A DNA stretch of 63,561 nt, counting the filler, from Chiloscyllium plagiosum (lineage: Eukaryota): the NCBI RefSeq assembly GCF_004010195.1. It is 3 parts of one record of this genome, joined end to end, with 100 filler letters (N's around TTAATTAATTAA, not from the genome) between each part and the next. Parts side by side here need not be neighbours in the genome. Positions count along the whole stretch, not along the records: positions 1 to 28,337 come from NC_057717.1; 2 more parts are not named here. One strand, written 5' to 3'. Positions 13,546-24,589 of this stretch are shown here, in pieces. Each line of letters opens with the position of its first letter. Position 1 is the first letter of the stretch. The notes beneath the pieces are model-generated. The model was not told where the DNA came from, ran no database searches, and saw only the letters and a program-made list of their open reading frames with translations. The position numbers and the translations under genes were made by a program.

Positions 13546-14319
13546 TCATTTGTACACTTGTAATTTAAGAAAATAAAACTGTTTTGAATTCGGACTTCAT
13601 GTAAAATTCAATACATTAAGATCACTATTCCCAAAAGCTCTTTTACTGCAAGTTTTTGAATTTGCTCCTCTGATCACACAACACCAATTTCAAAACATCC
13701 TGATCTTTGGCTCGGTACTCAACAGACTGTTAAAGGAAACCATTTCATGCACACTCATGAATTCCACTTTTACAGCATTAACTTTCACTTGGATTCACAC
13801 AGTTTAGGTGTGAATTTATCCACCCGATTACTGCAGTTCCGGCAAACTTGCAATTCTAATTTCCGTTTTGGTAACATTTGTATCACACTTTTGACTTTGA
13901 TATAAAACTCTCGTCATGTTAGCTTCTCCTCACTGTTTCTAAACTCCACCTTACCAGACTCGATGGAATCAGTATGACGTGGGTTCTGGAGTGATTAAGT
14001 GTAGATTCAGACCAGATATTTGGGGAAGCAGATTTCAACGTTGATATCATCACATCTTACCCGCTCTTCTTTAGCGTCATTGCGACATTTCCGCCAGATC
14101 TCCCTTATGCTAGTGGAGAAGATAAGGACAATAACTTTTCAACGATGCAGCGTATTCCTCCAGACAGCTGAGACTACTCTAACCTGGATGATAAAGTAAT
14201 GCTTGTAAAGCAGATTAGTAAATTATTGCTGCTGCTGTACAGGACCTTAGTGATATCACATCTGGAGAAATATGTACGGATCTGGTCAACCGATTTCGGC
14301 AATGAACGTGCTAATCATA

Positions 14320-14680
14320 GAATCCCTATAGTGTGGGAGCAGGCCATTTGATCCATCAACTCCACTCTGATGATCCGAATACCGTCCCATCTAAATGCGT
14401 TCCCTTACTCAATCTCTGTAACCCTGCATTTTCCATGACTAATTTCACCTCTACTGCTTATCCCCGGACATTATGGGTAACCTAGCATGACCAATGTATC
14501 AGTCCTGCACATCGTGCTAGCGTGGTAGGAAACTGTAGTACCCACTGCTGGAACCCATTCAAGCCAAGGGGAGAAGAAGCTAAATCCCCACAGACAGTCA
14601 CCTGAGGTTACAATTAAACCCAGCCCTCTGCTTTTGTGAGGGAGCAGTGTTAACCACTGAGCTACCCCGTGTGGGCAACG
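14320..14680 (-). mobile_element. Older HE1-related SINE
   Basis: Reverse complement gives ggtagctcagtggttaacactgct (A box) and the gactgtctgtgggg core. Confidence 0.7.
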
Positions 14681-14893
14681 CAAATCGCCTGCACAATGAA
14701 GCTGCAGGAGAGCCTGATTACTGCACAGTCACATTTCACGTGTGAGGTCAATATTAACAACTCTACACGACAGATAAACGGTGTGGCTGCTGAAGTTGCT
14801 GTGCTGTCCCTCATTAAAAACACATTAAATTGTGATTAATTTAAATAATTCTCACCCACACCAAGGATCAATATAACACATTATCAGCACAAA

Positions 14894-14975
14894 TGCCAGC
14901 GGTGGGATTTGAACCCACAGCTCCAATCACGCAGATATCGAAATCCTGCCCCTTCGCCTGGTCAGCTCTGCATCC
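14894..14975 (-). pseudogene. tRNA-Leu-like pseudogene
   Basis: 82 nt on the - strand ending gtgggttcaaatcccaccgctggca, matching the vertebrate tRNA-Leu 3' end (GTGGGTTCGAATCCCACCGCTGCCA). The 5' half and anticodon arm are degenerate. Confidence 0.6.
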
Positions 14976-15249
14976 GTGAGCAAAATTTGAATCCAGCTCC
15001 TGTGGACATTACTGTATCACTCGCTGCATTGGGAAGTGATAACACCAGTGTGCATCACCTTAACTGAACACAATATTCTCTAATGGGACACAAACCCAGG
15101 CAACAGTAATGGGAGCATTGTTTCCTATAAACACATCAATTACATTCTTTCAATAGCTGTCTCCATCCACAGCTGAATCAACAACCTGAAGGAACAGCAA
15201 CATGACATTTGAGACAAGTTCAAACATGCAATGGCTAGTGCGAGTTATC

Positions 15250-15321
15250 AGCATTGGTAGGGTTTCAACCCTGGATCTACCTGTTTACTAAACAAGCATT
15301 TTAACTAACTGAGTCAGTGTC
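15250..15321 (-). pseudogene. tRNA-Thr(AGT) pseudogene
   Basis: The - strand reads gacactgactcagttagttaaaatgcttgtttAGTaaacaggtagatccagggttgaaaccctaccaatgct, which aligns with vertebrate tRNA-Thr(AGT) (..TTAGTTGGTTAAAGCGCCTGTCTAGTAAACAGGAGATCCTGGGTTCGAATCCC..). Stems and T-loop are mutated. Confidence 0.7.
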
Positions 15322-16199
15322 ACGTTAACTTAGGAGGGAGGGATGAGCAGGTGAATCCAATACTTATTAACGTTTGCAAGAATGACAGATTATTTTGTTT
15401 TAAGGCTTAGTAACAGAAGACAATTGCACAGCAAATTCAGGAGTCCATTCCACTTCTCAAACCTGGAAACAGGTACAGCAAAACTAGATTCTTTAACGCT
15501 GTTACAGCAGATGAGGAGGAGGCAGAAGTATACTTTCAGGAAAAGACCAATTAGGCCCTCGACACTACAACACAGCACCCATAATAGACCATGCAACACC
15601 ATTCTCCTGTTACACAACAATGAGACCATTCAGCTTTCTCAATGCTGCAGCATAAACACTGCAAGAGACCAGTAATTGTCTGGAAATTATCACAAGAGGA
15701 TGTGGCCATTGAACAAATTGAGCCTGTTGGACAGGAATAGGAGAAGGACAAGAAACCGTTTCAGATGTATTCTTTGAGCAGGACGAGGTAATTCAGGCAC
15801 GTTTTTGTTGTATGGGAATAGAAGAATACCAACCACTCCCTTGTTACCATTTCAGGAGGAGTCTATTCAGTATCTCGAGCCTGTTATCGAGCCCATCTAA
15901 ATGTTGCAAAGCAGCAGGAAGATTCCGTAAGTTCCCAAACCTCTGGACAGCAACAGGAGCATGACAAACCGAGCTTGAGCGACATTGTCAGGAACAGGAG
16001 CAGGGCATTCAGTCCATAAAACCGATAATGTAGGAACAGCAGGAGGACATTTCGGCCATCGAGTTTGTAAACCAGGAACAGTATGAATGCATTCAACCAC
16101 TTATGCGTCTTACACAGCTTTGTGGCTGTTATGCAGGAATTCAAAAGGAACATAGAGGTTCCAGAAAGGGAAGAAATTAGAATAAGCAGCTTCACCAGG

Positions 16200-16560
16200 G
16201 AATGAAATTCAGTGAGTAAATCATTGGGATTGAAGGCAATTTCTTTTAGAAAGTGTTAGTAAGGAATTGATAACAGGGGCTTTTTGAAGTGAAATCACAA
16301 TCCATCACACTCAATATGGCTATATGAAGAATAAACCGTTTTTGAAATATTTACCTGAATTCTTTAAAAGTGTAACAAGCAATGTGCATAATGGGTTTTC
16401 TATTGATGTCGTATATCTGGAATTCCAGAATGTGTTGCATAAGTTGCCGCCCAAATGACTGATATGCAAGATATTAGCATATCGTGTTAGAAAAAAAAAT
16501 GCTTGGAGACCGGAATGACTAACCAACAAAAGCCATGATATGTGGGGTTGTATTGGGTTG
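16200..16560 (+). mobile_element. CR1 RT fragment
   Basis: Translates to DVVYLEFQNVLHKLP-like RT motif at ~16405-16450. Confidence 0.6.
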
Positions 16561-16574
16561 GACGAGATCAAATA

Positions 16575-17350
16575 TCACACGTCACAAGCGTATTATCCAA
16601 CGGGTATATTTGAAAACGTTAGCTTTCGGAAGGCTGCTCCTTCATGAGATGTTAGTGAGAGAAGGAAGAACTTGACAGAATTTATATGGAAAAAAGTTAT
16701 AAGCGAAAGAATTGAACAGACCTGATGAGACATTAATCATTAATAATTTCGGGCACAGGTCTGGACTGATAAATAGTCAAATCTCAGAATGTCATTTAAA
16801 TCACTACCCCAAAATAACTTCAGGTGTTACGAATTTAAAGAATGTGATATCTAAAATCATACAATGTAATTTAGGTCTTGTGTGGAGTCTATCTTTGACT
16901 GAACTTGGAGCCAGACCAGTTTTATTTCCAAAGTAGATGTTCAGAAATTGCCAAATTGACTGACTGTCAACAAATAGTAATCTTTTCGTAAAAAAGTAGA
17001 ATGGATCCACAACTACAAATCTGTAAATGCAACTTAACACAGATTTACATATACATGCGTGTGTGAGAGGGGGAGCATATGTGTGTGCTGGGGAGAGAAA
17101 GGAAGAGTGTGAGTGTGAATGTGTGTGTGCCAGAGGTTGAGTGTATATGGCTAGGGTGGAGTGAGAGATCATGTGGGTGCGAATCTGTGGGTGCGTGTTT
17201 GATAGAAAGAGGGACTGTGTGGGGGGACGGAGACAGAGTATGAGTGTGAATGCGTGTGTGCACGTGTGTCTGTGTCAATGTGTGCCTGTGTGTGTCAGAG
17301 AGGGACGAGCGCGGGTGTGTAGAGGGGAAAGAGAGAGAGTGCGTGTATGA
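16575..17350 (-). mobile_element. Penelope-like 3'-end remnant with GT/GA-rich microsatellite
   Basis: gctttcggaaggctgctccttcatgag is a degenerate hammerhead core on the - strand. Mixed (GT)n/(GA)n tract at 17050-17350. Confidence 0.5.
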
Positions 17351-18012
17351 GTACAGGAAGATACACAGACAGTTACGGGAGATCCCTTTCCCCAGACACA
17401 CTCACTCAGTGATTTCACAGCTTCTCATCTCCGCCCTATTCATTGTTCATGCTACAGGCCTTGGTGTTGTCGCTACAATCCTCATGCTCCATTCATAGTT
17501 GGGTCAACAAACCTTCGGCTCTCCCTAATATCTGAGGCAGCTCACAGCACATCCTCCAGCAAGCCAGCCCCAGCAGCACCACTAACTCTTCAACGATATG
17601 AGTCTTCAGAAACTCCTCAGCTACAATTTTAATACCTGGTCCTTTGCAATAATACTCGAGGGGCTTCCTTATGATACTGACCACAAGATCAGCTGAGAGG
17701 GACAAACACAGAAGTTCAGTGGACAGACACAGACCAAGTTTCAAAAGCGTGTCTCAAAGCATGGGACATAGCTGAAAGTGACACACATAATCTCATTGTT
17801 AACAGAGAGACCCGTGTGTTGTACTGCCAGAAGCAAAAAAAAAAGTGAATGAACAACTCACTGATGTCGTTAGTAGTCGTTTATGGAATGAGTATCTGGA
17901 TTCAGACTCTCAGCAGGAATACTAACAGCAGCAAGGAGAATAGAGTAGATGAGGAGAACAGTATTATATCAAACACGGTGTACATAATTAGTAACTGAAC
18001 AGTAAGACTTAC

Positions 18013-18193
18013 CAGGCACACTAACGATAGCTAGGATTGGATAATAAAAATAATCAATAATATAAAGTGCATATTTGATCCGTTTTGAGAATGACCATCG
18101 ATCATAATATGTCGTAAGAAGCCAAATATCCCGATATAAACCCCTGTCCATTATTGGAACATTCCAGTCTACTGTTCTCAGATTTGGATGCAT
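18013..18193 (-). CDS. First coding exon of a GPR139/GPR142-like class A GPCR (N-terminus plus start of TM1); the downstream 7TM exon is not found in the window
   Basis: Reads MHPNLRTVDWNVPIMDRGLYRDIWLLTTYYDRWSFSKRIKYALYIIDYFYYPILAIVSVP(G), then a perfect GTAAGT donor at 18012-18007. The YYP.LAI.G/SVP exon end is characteristic of GPR139-like receptors. An alternative start ATG is at 18151. Confidence 0.75.
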
Positions 18194-18840
18194 TGCTGGA
18201 ACATTCGAGCCGAATGTTCTCAGATTCTCTTCTCTTTCCCTTCCCGCGAACAGGGAGCTGCTGACCCTTGTTCGCACTGTAGGTGATGCTACCGCGTATA
18301 CTATGGGATTATACGTTGAATGAAGTCCATTTATCATTTAACAAAATGAGAAAACTCCGTTGGGATAATTAGAATCCATGGAGACTAATATTAATCACAG
18401 CCATTGAACAAACAGGTTCACTTAACCCCTTCCTTACATCATTTTTGAGATCACAATAATAGTGAACAATTTCTGGGTTTGGCTGGAATGGATGAGGTCA
18501 CTAAGGGATGAGGTCACAAAGGTCACTAACTTTCATTCTTTTTTGAATGTGGGACCCATGCCAGAAGACTGCAGGATTGTATCTGTCCCATGCTGTTTAT
18601 AAAAGGAGACAGGGATAAAATAACATGCTAACTGCAAATTGTAGGTACTAGGGAAATATCAAGAAATCACAAACCAAGGTAATAATGTTGAATTGCCCAC
18701 TGACTTTGCTTAATTTTGCTCCTTTTGTTAAGTGTCCTGTTATCAAAGCCTTTCGTAAACGTTAGACATCATTCAGAGTACTGGGACTGCTGCCCATGAA
18801 CGTGGAAATAAATTCAGTCCACATGTGCCTGACGCAGACG

Positions 18841-19260
18841 GACAGGAGGAGGGAATTTAGCCCTTTTCAAACCTGTTACAGAGAGACAGGAGGAGGCTGT
18901 TCAGCCTCTCTAGACTGTAACACAAGGACAGGAGGAGGCCATTCAGCGCCTCGAAGCTGTTACACAGTAACAGGAGAAGGACATTCGGTCTCTCAAGTCT
19001 ATTGCAGTGGGATACGAGGAGGCCAGTCAGCCTCTCGAGTCTGTTACGTAGGGACAAGATTAGGCCATTCAGTCTCTTAAGCCTGTTACAGTGCCATAGG
19101 AAGAGGTAATCAGCCTCGAGAGTCTGTTACAGTGGGACAAGGGGAGGCCATTCAGCTCCTCGAGTTTGTTACATAAGGATAAGAGGATATCATTCAACCA
19201 TCAAGTCTGTTAAAGAGAGACAGGATGAGGCCATTTAGCGTTTTCGCGTCTGTTACAGAT
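18841..19260 (+). repeat. ~43-44 bp minisatellite, about 10 copies
   Basis: Repeated unit gacaggaggaggccattcagcctctcgag(t/c)ctgttacag. Confidence 0.9.
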
Positions 19261-19846
19261 GTTATGATAATTTCAGAGCCACTGTTCTTCTCAAGGGGAA
19301 TAGTGAGATTCTCCATGGGGCTCCATTGACACTGATGTCTTCGACAAGGACAATGAACTCCCTACAATTTTGTCCATTTCTCTCGTTGGCTGAGACGTTC
19401 TAACCCAAGTGGAAATTTGTCATGGCCTCCACACCGAGTCCTGCGGGAAAGGCAAATGCTGCCTGTGACTCTACTCACCGAGGAGGAGCTCCATTCCCGA
19501 GCACTCAACGCGGGTTTGGAAGAGCAGTTATTTCCCTCTGCCTGTCACGTAGTCTCAATATTAGGGGGTGCAGGGTAGTTCTGCACGGTTTGAGCTTTCC
19601 CAATTCATTATGTGCTTTCAAAGATGGCACTGCTTCTCAGTATGGTTGGATAATTCCAGGATTCTGAGTTGCTCTGGAATGGTGTGCAGTGACAAATGGG
19701 AGAAACCCAACGTGATTCTCACAGTGTGGGCTCAACCACCAATTAATGTGGGGAGCTGATGAGATTCACTCAGTGTCACTCAGTGTCCCCAAAATCAACT
19801 CAACTGGCACTTTGTGCACAAAACAATATAAGTATGTCAATACTTA

Positions 19847-20760
19847 AGAACATAAGAAACCGGAGCAGGAGTAGGCCAATTGTTCGTCTGCTCCACCATT
19901 CAATCGGATCACCTTTTCTTGGAATCAGCTCCACTTACCCGCCCGGTACCATTGACCTTTCATTCCTGCAGTGTTCATGAATCTCAATGCTTTTGCCTTT
20001 AAAACTTTCAACGAGGTAGCCTCGACTGTTCAGGTGGGCATTGAACTCCACAAAATGACAATCCTTTGGGTTGGTCAGTCCTAAATCTGCTCCTCCATAT
20101 TTTCAGACTGTGGCCCCGAAATTGAATTTCATCCACCAGAAGAAACATCCTCCCTGCTTCCATCCTACTTGTGTTTGTATGTTTTTTTTTTTAAGAGATC
20201 CCTCTCGTTCTTCTAAATTTCAACGAATATATTTCAGTATGCTCAATCTTTACTCAAGAGGCAGCGCTCTCAACTCCGGAATCCATCTAGTCAACTTCCT
20301 CCACACTCTAATTTCAATCCAGTGCCAGTACATCCTTTCTCGAGTAAAAACACCAGAACTGTACACAGTACTCCAGTTGCGGCCCCACCAGAACAATCTA
20401 CGACTGTAACGTAGTCTCCCTGATTTTAAACTATATCCCTCTTGCAATGAAGGACATTGTTACATTTCCCCTCTTAACTGTTACATCTGCAAACCAACTT
20501 TTGTGATTCATGCATCAGGACACACAAGCCCCAATGCACAACAGCATGCTGCAATATTTCACCATTTAAATATTATTCCTGGCAAAATGGATGAACTCAC
20601 ATTTGCAAACATTATTCGCCATCCGACAGACCCTTGTTAACTCTGAAGACGAACAGTGCCCTCCACATGCTTTGCTGGGCGACTCACTTTCGTATCATCT
20701 GTGACACACTACACTTGGTTCCCAACTCTAAACCATCTATGAGATACATTGATCACTTAA
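19847..20760 (-). mobile_element. CR1 3' fragment
   Basis: taagaacataagaa tail. The - strand reads RKLTRWIPELRALP, like the CR1 ORF2 C-terminus. Confidence 0.75.
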
Positions 20761-21149
20761 TGTCAGTTCCTCTTTTACAATCATACAGTTGCCATCCCTA
20801 ATTTGGCGATCTCCCCCAGCTCCGTTTCAGCTTGGTGTAACACTCGCAGCTGTACATGTTCTCGAAATTCAGTTCCAAATATCAGTCACCCTGTCACCTT
20901 ATCTCTCTAATGCCATGAAATCACATCCATTTCCCTCAACTTATGCAGTGAATTACTGTATCTGATTTGAAAATACAACACACAATCAGATAGAGTGCTT
21001 CTGATTTATCATTTTACACCGATTCTTCCCTGCTCCATTGTCAACTTTATTTCCTATATTGACGCGGTCAGGAAACAGTTTGACATCGTCATACTCAGAG
21101 TCAGGCCTCCTGGGTAAGGTTTCATGAAGTCCCCTGACCATCCTTGGGC

Positions 21150-21250
21150 ATAGTCTAGATTAGAGTCGTACTGGAAAAGCACCGCAGGTCAGGCAGCATC
21201 CGAGGAGCAGGAAAATCTACGTTTCGGGCAAAAGGTGTTCATCAGGAATA
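21150..21250 (-). mobile_element. Short Penelope terminal fragment with hammerhead-like core
   Basis: ctggaaaagcaccgcaggtcaggcagcatccgaggagcaggaaaatctacgtttcgggc..ttcatcagg, the same as the ends of the longer Penelope copies. Confidence 0.75.
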
Positions 21251-22049
21251 ATTAGGCAAATTGTGATAAATTGCAGCTGAAAGGAAAATAAAGTTTTAAA
21301 GTGAATCACAAAATGGACACGCTACAACGAGAAAGTAAAATAGCCAATTGCATGAGTTTGAGGGGAAAACTGATCAAGGTAAACAGGGTAAACAGACTGA
21401 AACGTGTGTCTGTAAATGAGCAGTGGAGAATATTTCCAGGAACAAAATAAAATATTTAGCAGAAGGGCATTCTAGTGAAACAGACGAAACCTCAGCATGA
21501 AGTTCCCACCTGTTCCTCACTCAGGACAAAATGGTTAATATTAGCTTTGTGAGGCTTACAAGATCAAACATATTAATAATTCTGAAGTAGGTAAATTTTA
21601 AGAGTAAGCGTGAAATATATAAAAAAGAGTCTCCTAGCAGGAAGAGAACATGGGAAGTGGAAGCATTGTCTTGGTTTCATGAGATATTAGCAACAGGAAA
21701 AGTTGAAAGTGGAGGAGGTGGGGAAAACGTTACAGAGAGTGGCCAGCCCCTGAATGGTGTTACCAAGCCAATACGAATTGCTGAAGCTGGAAGTGTTCAC
21801 GGAGATCGGGAGGGAAATATGTTCTTTTAATTATTCTTTCATTTATGGGATGTCATTGTCACTGACTTTACCAGCATCCTTTGTCCCACTGCTAATTGAT
21901 CGGAGGGCAGATAAAGATCAGCCACATTGCTCTCGGTCTGGAGTCACACGTGAGCCAGACTAGATTAGGATATCAGATGTCCGTCCCTAAAGTGGGTAAG
22001 TGAATCAGATGAGGTCTTCAAACTGTTAAAACTGCTTTCATGGTGGCCC

Positions 22050-23900
22050 CACCGATATCTTGCACAGCCGTAACATGACGTTCCATTTCCTACACTCAAT
22101 GGTCAGATCAATGAAGTCAAGTGGCCCAAACGCCTGCTTCACCACCCTGTGAACTTGTGACACCACTTCTAAAGAACTGTGTATCTGCCCCCCTACGTTT
22201 CTGTTTGACAACACTACTCAGGGCCTTAATGTTAAATGCACAAGTCCCACCCTGGTTTGTCTTATCAAAATTCAAAATCTCGTATTTATCTAAGTAAACT
22301 CCATTTGCTATTCGTCAGGTTACTATCTCAGCAGTACTGTTAATCCTGTTTTGTCATAGATATCCTTCTTCACTGCCCACTTTAACACCAATTTCAGTGT
22401 CACCCACAAAGTTACTTACCAGGAAATCAATATTCTCATCCAAATCATTTATCCAAATGACAAATAACAGTGTACGCAGTACGTGGCTGGTCAATTGCCT
22501 ACAGTGAAAAAAATACAAAATATCTCCCATTAAACCTTTCTCCCCACTTCAAGCCAATTTTGTATTCAGTTGACTAGCTCCTCCTGGATCCCATATCCTT
22601 TTACATTGATCTGAACTTGTAACCCAATCTACCATAGGGAACGTAAAGCACAGAACAGAGAACAGGAAAACACAAGGTCCTTTGGCCCTCGATGTTGTGC
22701 TGAAATGTTATCCTATCCTAAGATCAAACTAACATACATGCCCTTTATTTTCCTGTCATCCATGTGCCGATCGAAGAGGCCATTAAATGTCCTTAACGTA
22801 TCTTTCTCTGCTACCCCCACTGGCAGTGCATTCCATACACCCACCACTCTCTGCATAAGGAACCAACCACTAAAATCTACTGTGAGCCTTCCTGCAATCA
22901 CGACAAAATAATGCCTGCTTATGGTAGTCACTTGTGCCATGGGAGAAATGTCTGACTGGTCATTCATTCTACACCACTCATCTTGCCTTCCAATGCTACT
23001 CTGTTCCTCCAGATATATCTTTGTGCAGCCCACACTCCAAACGCCCTCTATTGTCATCATTTGCTGTTCCGTCAAATTTGGCATTTCTTGCATAAATGTC
23101 TTCAACTCATCTTCACCTGAGTCTCTCGTTTGAAAACTCCTTCAAACCAGTTCACCTCTATCAGTTTGCCTCTTATCCTTCTTCACTCCAATGAGAGAAA
23201 GCCTTAGCTCGCACAACATTTCTTCATAAGAAATGTCCCCTAGTCTGGGCAGCATTCTTGAAAATCTCTGCAACCTCCCTAAAGGTTCCACATATTTCCT
23301 GTAATGAGGGAAGCAGAACTGAACACAATATTCCAAGTGTGGTCCAACCAGAGCTTTACAGGACTGCAGCATAACTACGCAGCTCTTAAATGCAATGCCC
23401 CTGCTAATGAAAGCCAACAACCATACGCCTTCTTAACGACCCTATCAACTTGGGTGGCAACACTGGGGAGTATGCAGACATGGACCCCAAGGTCCCTCCA
23501 ATCGTTCACACTGCCAAGAAACCGACCTTTAATCCTGAATTCTGCAATCTTTCATAATGAATCACATCACACTTTTCCAGTTTGAACTCCATCTGCCACT
23601 TCTCAACCCAGGTCGGCATCGTGTCAATATCCCATTGCAAACTACAACATCCCTCCACACTATCCACAACTTGAACAAATTTCATGTCATCAGGAATTCT
23701 CTTAACCCGCTCTTTCACATCCACATCCATGTGTTTTCCCAGAAAACATCACTGCAGAATACCACTGATCACTAAGGTCCAGGTTGAATACTTCCCATCT
23801 ACTACCACCCTCCAACTTTTATGGTCAATTAATTCTGTATGCAGATATCCAAAATTCCCTGTAATCCATGCCTCCATACTTTCTGAATGCAACTACCATG
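22050..23900 (-). mobile_element. Cluster of CR1 fragments
   Basis: ORFs read GPHLEYCVQF, QRVVGVWNALP and WQMEFKLEKCDVIH. Confidence 0.8.
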
Positions 23901-23919
23901 GCGAACTGAAATATTTTTG

Positions 23920-24430
23920 AAACTTGAAACTGTTCAACAAATATTTTCAAGAATGTTGCCAGAGTTGTAGGATTTCAATTGTAGGGAGAGGCTGAACAGA
24001 CTTGGAATATTTTCCCTGGAGCATCAAAAACTGAGTGGTGACATGATAAAGGTTGAAATAATCATGAGGGGCATGAATAGGACAAATAGACAATGTCTAT
24101 TTCCTGTGGGAGCTTGACCAGAACTACAGGACATATGTTTCGGGTGAGATCGTAAAGATATAATAGGTAACTTAGGGGCAACATTTTCATGTAGAGTGTG
24201 GTGCGTGTATGGATTGAGCTGCCAGAGTAACTAGTTTGGCAGAAGGAAGGTGGCTGGTACAATTACAGCATTTAAAAGGCATCTGGATGGGTATATGAAT
24301 AGGAAGGGTGTAGAGGGATATGGTCAAGTACTGGAAAATAGGACTAGATTAGGTTGAAATATTTTATGGGCATGGACGAGTTATTTCGAAGGGTCTGCTT
24401 CCGTGCTGCACATCAGTGTGACTCTGACTC
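23920..24430 (+). mobile_element. CR1 3' fragment
   Basis: Matches the 3' end of the CR1 at 63050-63556 (ggcatctggatgggtatatgaataggaagg..). Confidence 0.8.
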
Positions 24431-24589
24431 TTTATCTCATCAATGTGCTTTGTCACAGCCTGAAGGAATTCTTTGTGAGGCTTCAAATGCCCCGCACAAA
24501 GCCATGCTGACTATCCTTAATCAAACTATGGTTTTCCAAATGATCATAAATCCTGTTTCTTTGAGTCCGCTCCAATAATCTGCACACCA

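Noticed and set aside
17640..17695. ADLVVSII as the GPCR TM2 motif (ADLLVII), i.e. exon 2 of the receptor
   Set aside because: The TM1-ICL1 sequence before it and the TM3 DRF motif after it are absent, and the frame stops after ~65 codons.
18841..19260. Regularly spaced repeats suggestive of a CRISPR array (also 32765-33330)
   Set aside because: Eukaryotic context, degenerate head-to-tail units with no unique spacers and no cas genes: these are minisatellites.
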